Shown: in pieces, positions 8,795 to 20,700 of the stretch | How positions within the stretch are numbered: the stretch's first letter is position 1 | How the letters are laid out: each line of letters begins with the position of its first letter | Virus record (IMG/VR): IMGVR_UViG_3300037516_000306 | Location: 1-64,000 of that record | Length of the DNA: 64,000 nucleotides | Direction: 5' to 3' (one strand) | DNA from: a virus | The notes under the pieces: model-generated | What the model saw: only the letters and a program-made list of their open reading frames with translations | What the model was told of the DNA's origin: nothing | Databases searched by the model: none | Program-made: the position numbers and the translations under genes

Positions 8795-11700
8795 TTAAAA
8801 TGGTACACAAGAATCATTGTTATCTTCTTCTTTCCAAGATTCATCTTCTTGTTCAAATAAATCTAATTGTCCTGGTATAGGTTTAACTGTTCTTACTCTA
8901 GGTTTACCTTTGTTTAATTCAGAAAGTTCATTTTTTAAATCTCTTAACTTTTCTTTTAAGTTAGTTATTTCAGAAGATGTTCCAATCTGAGATTTATAAT
9001 TTACTTTACTTCCTGAAGATAGTATATCAATAATAATAGTTCTTACCTCTTGAGTGGTAATATCAGAATCAATTCCAAAATTGCTTTCCCATATATCATG
9101 AGCAGCTTGATCTACACTTACACCACTACGACTTAATAAAGTGTATTTAATATCTTTATCATCTCCAGTTTTCATACCAGTTTCTTTTCTAGCAGACTCT
9201 GGAGTTATTTTAGGTAAGCTGTTTAATACAATTGTTTCTGTATTAGTAACATCAAGATCTTCTTGCACATATCTTAACTCTTCTATTCTTTGTGCAATGT
9301 CATTTATTTCAAATTGTAATTGTTCTTCTTCAGTGTACTCTATTTCAGGAACAACTTCTTCTTGTACAGATGTTTCTGTTGGTAAAGATACAACTTCTTG
9401 TGCAATATCACCACCAAAATATTCAATAATTGTTGCATTAGGAATCTCTTGATCAAGTTTTATTGTACCATTATTAAGAACAGAAGGTCTTCCATCTAAA
9501 TAGTATTCAGAAACTAAATTACCATCACCAAGTAAGTTAACTAGTTTGTATACATATCTACCTTCATGGTTTCTTACAGTTTCACCATTTGAGTATTTTA
9601 CTTTTTGGTATCCATAGTAATCTGTTAGAGATGTATTACCAGCCATTCTCATAGCTTTCATAGCTTGTGGGCTAATAGTTTTCCCAGATAAAATATCTAC
9701 ATTCTGACCTCTGTTGTTTACAAACACTCTAGGCACTTTAACAAAATCACTATTGGCACCATTGTTACCATCATATCTAGGACTCAATGTTAATACCAAT
9801 CTTTTGTTTTCAGCATCATCAAATTGAGTTTCGAATCCTTCCACTTCATATTGATATACATCATTACCATAAGGATCTTCTCCAATGATATTTTCAATCT
9901 CTTCAAACTCTGCGTCTCTTTGAAATTGGAATCTAGGAGTGATGGTAGGAACTATCTGATCATCTTTCCAATTGTTCTTTTGGAACATTCCTCCATTAGC
10001 AAAATACTCAGTATCAGCATTATCAATTAATGAATCTATTACAGGTTTGATCTCTTTAGAATAATCTTCTAAAGGAACAATGTTATTAATAGATACAGGA
10101 GATTGATATGTTCCTTGTAAAATAGCCACCTTAACAATGTTATTATACAATTGAGGATCCAGCTCTCTTAACTCTCTCATCATCTCTACATATAAGTTTT
10201 CATCATATGCTTCTTTCAAGTTCACTTTAAGTTTTATAGTTTGTGCACCATCAATCTTTTTAGATGATTCAGGAACAAGATCTTGTAACAACTTCATGTT
10301 AGGATATTGTAACTTAGCTTTTGCTAATTGCTCAGCAATAGAATTTTCTCCTGTTGTTAGTTTTAATATCTCTGCATTAATTCCAGATTTAGTTTGTACA
10401 ACAAAATCAAGGAATGATGCTTTAGCTTTACTAGCAATCTTAGAGAAGTCATCATCACTCATGAACTCTTGTCTCTCAAATGAATCTAACACTTTGTTAG
10501 TGATATCTGTAAATTGTTCTTGTTCAAGTTTAATGAATGCACCAACAGCTTTCATTCCAAGATTGATTAATCTCTTTTGATTACCTAATGAACTTGAATC
10601 TAATAAATTATCTACAGAAGAGAACATGTTTATATCTCTTGCAATATCTGTCTTAGTTGATTTTCTATGGAATGTATCAGAGTTTTTAAACTTAGTTGTA
10701 TCATAGTTTGTAGCTTGTGTAAACTTGAAACTATACTCAGCCATCTTAGCATACTTCAAGAAGTCTTTAAGTATTGCTCCTTGCTCATCATTCTGTTGTT
10801 TACTTAACATCTTATTCTTATTATCAGAATAAGTTTTAATGTTAGCTTTTAAACTATCTACATTGAAAGTTTCATTTTCTGTACCTTTAGCTCCTAATTT
10901 ATTAAGACCAAACTTAGCTCGTATAGCATTTACATTTTTTGGATTATATAAGAACTTAGTTCCTTTACTTTCAAGCATACTTAAGTATTCAGAAATGATC
11001 GGTTGGTTCATAAACCACACTGTGTTTTGACCAACACCAATTCTTTCTAAGAACATGAATGTTCCAATAGCAGCATCAGATTTAATAATCTTCATGATGT
11101 ATGGATCTTTTGCAATATCCACAACAGATGTTGCATATCCAGAAAGTCTATTAGATATCTTTTCAAATATTCCCTTAGCATTTGCTACAGCTGTATTAGT
11201 TCCAGAAAGAGAAACCTTACCATCAATTTCATTATGTGGAAGATTAACTATACGATCTCCTAATATTGATAATTCATCAGCAGTTAGTTTATTTGCTACA
11301 GCATCAATATCCATTACTAGTTTTATTCTTTGTGCAAGAGCATGTCCTGTAATATTTACAGCAGCAATACCAATCCATCTCTTACCAGTAAGGAATGCAT
11401 TTCTTAATCTTGTTCGATAATTTCTATTGATGATTCTATTTTTAATTTTTGTTTCATCATTACCTCGTATTTTATCTAACTCATCAGATATATCTTTTAA
11501 TCCAGCATCTCCAATAGGAGTGATTAAGTTTTGATAGTTACCAGGTAGAGTTAATAGTTTTTCGAATGCATCAAAGTATCTATTCTCAAGAGCTTTCTTG
11601 TACATAGTCTTAACATACTTATCTCTTAATTCTGTATTTAATAAGTTAGCATTAAGTCTTTCTGTCTTTTTAGAAAGAGATTCTATTTGACTAGTCATGT

Positions 11701-14700
11701 ATTGTGAAGGTAACATCTCTTCAGCATCAGCTTGAGAAACTATTTCATCAATAACATCTTGATTTAATTTATAAAAGACTCTTTGTTCTTTAGATACTAC
11801 AGTGTCTGTTTCTTCAAATGCACTTAGTACATCAAGAAGTTGATCTCTGAATTCATTATTATTTGATATGCTTTCAATATTCTTTTTGATTGTACTATCA
11901 TACACTCCACCATAGAATTCTTTTGTAGCTTTCTCAGATCCTTTGTAATCAACTGCATGAAGTTTTCCATTCTCATCTACATATACAGACTTAAGATACA
12001 TGTTTAATTTATCAATATCAAAATCTGATCCAGCTTGAGATGTAATCTCTGAAGGAACAACAACAGTTTTACCCATGTAGTCTGGTAAGAATGCTGCCAC
12101 TCTAATAGCAGCCATAGAAGACATAGCTTGAGCAGGTATACGGAAAGCAATACCTCTTAAAATTCCTTGATTCTCAGGTTTGTTTAGTTCTCTAATAAGA
12201 TCAGCATCGTTTTTAAATTTACCTTTAAGTGATTTCTTCATCCAGTTAGGAAGTAATACTTCCATGTAAGGATCATTTTGTGTAGGGAAATGAAGTCTGT
12301 CACTTGTAAGAACCACTTTACTTTTCTGATTTGCTGGTAGTTCATTGTATTCTTTTATAGATAACTTTCTATATCCATCTTTTTCTTTAATAGCAACACC
12401 TCTTCCTTGTTCAGCATTCTCCCATCCTGTAACAGCAGCTTGTGTATATCCTCCTCCATTCATTTTAGGAGAAACTAACGCTTTGTTAATCATTGAGTAT
12501 ACAATATCTTTAACTTGTTTGTATGCAGGAGAAGCTTCGTATGGAATTCTTTGTTGACCATTCTCATCTAACTGAATAGTGTCTTTAGCATTGTTTGAAA
12601 GTTCTCTTCTAAACATTTCACCTTCAAGTGTTTTTGCTATTACAAATGGATCTACTAATTCAAATTCACCTACACCAAGATCTTCTACACCAAATTTAGA
12701 AAGAAGTTCTGTATATGCATTGTCATCAAGATCTTTAAGAGCTTGGTTATAAGTATCAAAAGCATCTCTTGCTCCTTCAACAACTTCTTCTCCATTATCA
12801 AACATATCAAGTGTAACAATCTTAGTAGGTTGAGAACCTCTAGTTTGTTCTGTTCCACCTTCATATGCAGTTTGAACTTGAATACCATTAATACTCCATG
12901 GTACTAACACTTTAGTATCTCCAGAAAATGGAGATTCATTAAATGTTCCATCAGGATTATAAAGACTGTGTGCTTTTTCAATACCAACTTTTCTACCACT
13001 TTCCATAATAGCGTAGTCAATCTTCTCATTGAACATTTTGATATACAGTTTTTCAAGATTAGTTCCTGCCACTGCACTATAATATAAAGGCATTTGAGAT
13101 GTCTTATCTAGTACAAGTTTTATCTCATTCTCATTGAATTGAGAACCAGACATAATTGGTTTAGTAATATCAATTACATACTCAACTTGTTCTTCTGATA
13201 ATATTTGTTCATCAGCAGCTTTCAATTGTTTGTTAGTGTATTTGTAAACTCCTTTATCAGATAATAGCTTTCTTGTTAAAGCCATTTCATATTGATGCCA
13301 AGCTTCAGCATTCTCTGACCATTGTCCATTTTTACTCTTAGTCTCTCTATATGCTACATCTGATATATATGAGAATGCATCTGCTTCATTAACTCCTGTA
13401 TAGTTGTTTGTATCAAGCTCAACATCTTTTAATGTTACTGTAGTAGCATACTCTTTGTTCTCATGGTATCCATAATCCTCTGGAGTTAATTCTATACCAT
13501 TAACATTATTTTGATCATTTAAAAATGCATTATATTCAGGACTATCAAATGTAGTTCCTCTTGGAGATAAGAAAGATTTAATACGTTTAGTCTCATCTAA
13601 TATACCATCTTTAATTTTAAATTGATATGGATCACCAAATAATATTTTATGGAACTCAATACTATTAATGTAGTCATTTGTATTTACAAACATTAACATG
13701 TTATCAAGTTGAGTTTCAGTCATTCTAAATTTATCAATACCTTCTGATATAGCAAAGTTACTATCAAGCCCAGCATATGTATACATATTCTCAGCATCAC
13801 TATTTTTCTTCTTTGCCATAATAACCTCACTAGTTGCAAAAAGAATTTCTTTTGTACCGTTTGCAAGATCTTTTAAAGTTTTATCTACAGCTTCATTAAT
13901 AGCATCAGTGTTCTTAGCAATGTAATCTTCAAACTCAGCATCTGTTGTAGCTTCATCAGCAATCATTACATTAAGCTCTTCTAGTTGTTTAGGAGCATAG
14001 TCTTCTAATATCTCTTTGAAGAAACGTAATTCTTTAGCTTTGCTACCTACATTCTTAAGAGAACTTCTATTTTTCCAATCCCGAGCTAAAGCAATATCAT
14101 CATCTAAATATCCTCTAAAGATTTCATGGATCTCATCCATAGCTCTACCACCTACAACATTTTTGTATGATATATGATTACCAAGATTCATCATCCATTC
14201 TGTAGATCCATCTGCAGGAATAAGAATATAATAGTTACCATTAATGTTTTGATTTATCTCTTGTGTAAATCTTTGACCTTCAGTTAGTTTACTTGTAGTG
14301 GTACCTTTGTTACTATCAATTGATTTCTTACCTTCAATTAAAGAAACTTTTATCATTTTAAATCTATCACCACGATCATTAAAGAATAACCCACCTTCTT
14401 TAAATGTAATAGCATTTTTAGAAAATACATCATTAAGTTCTGGTCTTGCTATTTTTAATTCTTCTAATGTCTCAGAATCATTAAATGCATTTTCAAATAT
14501 TGAAGGAACATTGTTATCAACATAAACTTGTTTCTTATTACCTTCAACTCCCATCATTGTATTCTCTTGATTAGGATTGTCCACTTTAACTTGCAATGCA
14601 GCAAGAGCAGCTACTTGTTTATTAATCTTTAATGTCTTACCATCTAATGTACCAATATCCTTAGCTTCTGGTAGATAAGCATATATCTCACCAACAGCAT

Positions 14701-17700
14701 CACTAAAATCATCTCTTTGTTTTGATTTTAATTTTAGATAATCTTCCATAGTGAAAGTGATACCTAAGTCTTTCAAGAAGTCAAGCATCTCTTCAGGACC
14801 TTTAGGAAGCTTATCAGGCCATAACTCTGACTTAGTGTTAACTTGATATGTTTTAGTTTCAGTGTTAAGTGTAACTAATCCGCTACGAGTTTTAGCCAAT
14901 GCTCTCATTTGACTAAACCAATCTTGTTCTACTTGTTTAGTTATTGTAAACTGATTAGCAGGAGCAGTATACACTTCTGTACCTGTAACATATTGAACAA
15001 GAGCAGTTGGCTTTTGTTTAGTAAATGTTTGGTAGAAGTTTATAAATAATCTCCAGTCTTCTGCTGTTTTAAAGTTTTCAAAAGGAATAGTTCCTGTTGC
15101 AAGATCACCACCTAAGCGTTGGAAGAATCTAACATATGTAGCATCGTATTTAGCTAAGTCAACTAATTTATTAACTATCTTACCAATGTTTGTTGTATTA
15201 GAAAATTTATCTAATAGTGTAGAAAACACTCTACTAAAGTTTACAAGTTTGTATCCTTTAACAGATGATGTTGATCTTTTAGGTAATTCTAATGTTGTAC
15301 TATTTTGTTGATTAGTAGGAACTACTTCTGGTAATGTAGCACCAACAAGTTTGATAGCATAAGGTGCAGTCTTTTTATAATCAACTGTAAAAGCATCTTG
15401 AGAATAACCAACACTAGTTACACTCTCATCATTAATATCTACAAGATCTTCTTCATTGAAATCAACACCTATTGTACGTAGTAATTGTTTACCTTGTGCA
15501 AACAATGCATTAAAACGTACTTCTCCTAATTGTTCATATTTTTTTTCATTAATATATAACTGTTTAACATAGTTATATATTTCAGCTCCTGAGATCTTTT
15601 GTAAATCATATAAGTATTTTTTATGATCACCAAATATATAATTTGATGCACGAGAGAATATATCCTGTGCATATTCAGAAGCTTGTGTTTCTGTTATACC
15701 AGGGATTCTACTATATGCAGGTGATCCTTTCTTTTGTGATTCAGAAATAGTAAAAGCTTTATATTTACCAGCATCAATAGCTTTGAATAAATCTTTAGTT
15801 AATGAAGGTTTAGCATTAAATGATTTAACAAAATTAATAATTCTTCTAAAGAAGTTACGTACTAATTCACTCAATGATCTAGCAGGAAGTTGACCTGCTT
15901 TGAATTCACCAAAGTCATCAGCTATTCTTTCTTCTATTTGTTTATCTGTAGCATTAGCGTAATCTATTTTCTTACCAGAAGCTCTATCTGTAAACTGTCC
16001 AGGTTTGTTTCTGAACTCATCATTAAGAGCAGTTCTTTCATCAGGACTTAAGAAGTGTTGATAGACAGGGTGAAACAATTCATGGTATCCAACTGTTCTT
16101 GGTCCAGCTTTGTAGAACTTAGCTACACCATCAACATATACACCAAATGCTTTCTCACCATCATATGTATCAACAAGATCTTCTAACACTTCTAATGGTA
16201 TACCAGGAAGATTCTCAGCTTGGAATTGTTTTAATATTTCAAGTTCTTCATTAGTCATTGCTTCTTCAACAGTAGGTCCCACTCTCATGTAATCATCTTC
16301 AGGTAACTCTGTATCAGCTACATCAATAGTATCTGTTTTCTCTCCAGGAAGAATTTGTTCTCCGCCTTCTAAAGCAGCTAGTTCTGCATCAACAAATTTT
16401 CTAAACTCATCTTTAAATTTACCAGCAGTACTCCAATCATTTCCTAAATTATTACCTTCAGTATCTGTATTTACTTTTACTTTTTCTACAGATCCATCAG
16501 TTCTAGGAGCACTTTTAAATCCTTCTTTAACTAAACCTTTTTCTTTAAGATTAGCTACAAAACGTTTTGCAAGATCTTCACCTACTTTATTTACTTCATC
16601 TCTTCTATCTCCTTCATATTTACTTCTTGTTATATAAGTAAATGCACTTTCTATATCAGCTTTCTTAGTATCTATATCAGAAACTTCTTCTATAACTGTA
16701 GGAGTTTGTTGTTTGGATTCTTCTTCTTTAGTATAATTTTTTAATATTGTAAAAATATTACCTTTTAATTTATACCAATTTGGATTACCTTTAAATTTAT
16801 AAGATTTTGTTTTTTCTGAAATAACTTCTATTTCTCCTTCTTGAATGTTATTACTTCTCCAAGGTTCTTCTCTTTGATTATATACTTCTAATATATATTG
16901 AACTTTGTCTCCTTTTTTAAAACCATAAGGTCTTGAATCATCTTCTTTTATTTCTTCTACAACTGTAGGAACTTCTTCAACAACTGGAGCTTCTTCTACT
17001 TGTTGTGTGTTCTGTATTTCTTTTAATGCAGCAATAAGTTTATCACCAACAAATGTTACTACACGTTGTTCATCACTAGCTTCTGCATCATATTTATCAA
17101 TAGCTTGTAATACATCATCCACTGTAGATAATGTACCTTCATTCTCTGCAGCTTTTGTTATTGTATCATTCACAGTAATGTCTACAGATATATTACCATC
17201 AGCATCTAATGTTCCTGTAAATTCAACTGGACCACTTGCAAACTGATATGTATTAGATGTTGTACCATCCATTACATATTCTCCAATAGCATTACCAGCA
17301 ACTGGAGCTACAGCAGCTTTAGGAGCTTGTGCAACAGGAGCAGGTTTGATAATAGGTAATTCAAAATCAATTAATGTAGCATACTTCTGAGAAAATGAAT
17401 AAGGAACACTTGGTGTAGGAGCAGCCACTATAGTTGTAAGTGGTGTGTTTGCACCAGAGCGAGATGTTTTACCATCAGGCATTCTTCCTGATAATAAATA
17501 AGATTGATAGTTTTTCCAATACCTAGCTACAAGTTCACCTTTAGCATTCTTCTCTCCTGTGTATTCATAGAACTTACTAGTAACATCTTTTACAGTTTTA
17601 CTATTAATGTTGTGATAAGTACCTTCAAGTTGTCTTACCATCTCATCTTCTCTATTCTCAATATCAATGATAGGATAATTGACACCACCTATAGAGATAG

Positions 17701-20700
17701 TTCTTTTGTTTGTATCAATAAAGAATTGATTACTTCCTGCAGATGTTGTACTACTCTTACGTAAGTATAATACATTCTGTAAGTAAGTTAAATAGTTTAC
17801 ATCTATATCTAATGGTTTACCAGATGTAGATTTCTCTCTTATGTCAAGAGCTAATGCTTTAATAACTTGGTATAATGAATTAGCTTTCTCTTTACCTAAT
17901 ACACTATTGTTTAATATCTCTAATGTATCTCCATACTGAAGAACTACTAATCCTTTTTCTTTGAATGATATATTCTTACCTTTATGAGAAATAAATCCTG
18001 CTGTGTTGATTTGAATAAGTCCTGGTTGAGAAGCGATTCTATCTTCAGGAATTAATATTCCACCAACTTGGTTTCTTTCAAACTTACCATCAGCACCTTT
18101 ATTAATAATAGGGATACCTCTAGAAACATTAATCTGATATACTTTATGTGCTGCTGTATTGTTTGCAAACAACTTAGCTCTCTCTTGTCTCCAACCATTA
18201 GCTGCAGATGCAAGATTTTCTTTTTCACCTTGTCTATATCTAGGAACTCTTTGTCCAGTTTTAGGATCTGTGTATGTATAATATAATTCTGTTGTAGGCA
18301 TAGCTTGGAAGATAGCTTGATTTACATCAATCTGTTTACCAACTTCTCCTAAACGTTTTCCATCTTTATCTACAAAATAAGTTTTATTGTTATCATGTTC
18401 TACAAACACTTGTGCAACAAATCCTGTATCAACATTATCTATTTTATCATCTGCAACTATTGGTCTACCAAACTGAAGTTGTGTAAGTCCTTCTAATCCT
18501 AAAGCTTTTTCATTATTAGATGTAACTAACATTGCTCCTATCTTAGGTGCATTTTTAAAGTTCTTAACATTGTTTAAAAACTGTCTAGAGTTCTTAACAT
18601 GCTGTGGTGCATTAGTACGATTCTGAGCATTCTCAGATTCACTTGTACCTGAGATAAAGAAGTCTTGCCAAGATTTTAAATAGCTCTCATCTTCTTTTAC
18701 AATAGCTTGTGAAGTTGTAGTGTCTGTAGGAATAGGTGTAGCAATCTCTCCAGAATTAAGCTCTGCTTTATCCTGTTGCCTATCCACTTCATTCTTAGTG
18801 ACAAGCATTGCTTGTTCCTCTTTCTCTAAAGCAGCATTCTTTTCTTTTACAGCTTTGTATGTCTCATCTATATTGTTTGTTATAACAGCAATAGTTTCAT
18901 CTAATAATGTTTCATTATTAGTACCAAACAATCTTCTAAAGAATGTTTTTAATGAATTAACAAATGCATTCCATGTAGAAGTTTTTGTACCTTCATAAGG
19001 AATAGTTTGTAAGTATCTTTGGAACTCTCTATTAGATAAAGCTTCTGTTGCAAACTCATAGATGTTTTTGAATGCATAGTATTCACCATTCTTAATCAAT
19101 CCAGCCTCAGCATATTTATCAGGATCATTCTTAAATGTTTCTTGTACAAATTTAAATAATGGATCTAACTCTTTATAGAACTGTCCGTTTGTATCAGACA
19201 ATCCATATACAGTTAAGTCATGTCCTATCTCATGTAATAATACATGTTCTACTGGAAGACTACCTGCTTCATAATCAAAAGCATTGTCTTCATAGTTAAT
19301 ACTACTTACAGCAGATTCTGGACCTAATGTTCCTCCTCTAGAAACTCCAGCACTAGCTAATGTTCTATCACCTAATATGATTTTACTATTCTTACTTGTG
19401 AAGTTTAAGAAAGCTGCTGCTAATTGTTTTTCAAGAGTAGTAGCATAAGGTGATTCAGCAATCTTCTGTAACACTTCATATTTACTTTTCTCTCCTTCAC
19501 CATATTGATTTACAAGATCAGCATAAGTTCTCTTATCTGATTTAAACTTATCTCTACTCTTAGAGAAGTAATCACTTTGTACTGGAGCAGTAGTTCTTGT
19601 TTTCTTTCCTTCTGGTGTAAATTCTTCTTTCTCCCCTGTGAATGAATAGTTCTGTGGATTATTTTTAAGATCGTTATACTCATTAACAAATAGTTGTCTT
19701 CTCTTAGAAAGCTCAACTACATCTTTTAATTCTTGTTTAACAACATCAGTATCTATTCTATCTGATGCTTGTTCATCTATATTGTATAATGCTTTAGCAA
19801 GAGATACAGATGTATCATTTGATAATTCATCATCTACAATATCTTGTACAGGCATTCCTGTTCTTAAGATCTTCTCAGACACTTTAGGTATACGAAGATC
19901 ATAGTCAGCTATCTTACTAGCTGCATAAACCATCTTATCAATAATAAGTGGAGAGTACTTTCTAATTTGACTTCCATCAGGAGATAATAAAACTTTACCT
20001 TCTGCATCCTTCATCACTTCACCAGAGTATCTAAGGTTTAAAGATTTATATAACTCTTGTGTATTCTTTGCTGTAGTTTCAAATGCGTTTAATCTTTTTT
20101 GGAATGATTCAACTGTATCATTAACATTAGCTATTCCTTCTTCTTTTAAATCTGCAAGTCCTTCTTTAGACATTCCTGCTTGTCTAAGATCATTGATATC
20201 ATCAGCAATCATATCATATCTACCATACTTAATACGTGGAGCAAGATATGTATGCATCATGTCTGCATTAAGATCTCTAGCTTCTAGTTCATCTCCTTGT
20301 ATAGTAGCAGATTGTTGTTGTTCTTGTAATGTAACAAATCTATTTACAGCTTCAAGTTTTTCTTTGAATGCTTCTCTAAATGTAGGCGCACCATTAAGAT
20401 CTTGAATAAATCTTTCGGTGTTAGATTTTGTAACTTTGTTTCTTGCAATCTCTCCATTAGGTCCAAGTGATTGCATTAGTCCTCCAGTGATACCACCAAG
20501 TATTCCACTCTCAATACCTTCTTTTGAATTAAGTGCTCCTACACCTTCACCCTTTTCATTTTCACCATACATTCCGTATAAGAAACCATCAGTCCAAACA
20601 CTTGCTTCTTTACCATCACGTCCTTTATTAAAATAGTTTTGTGTACCTACTTGTAAAGCAAATTGTCCAATCTCTTGTCCAGCTTCTTTAGGATCGAAAA

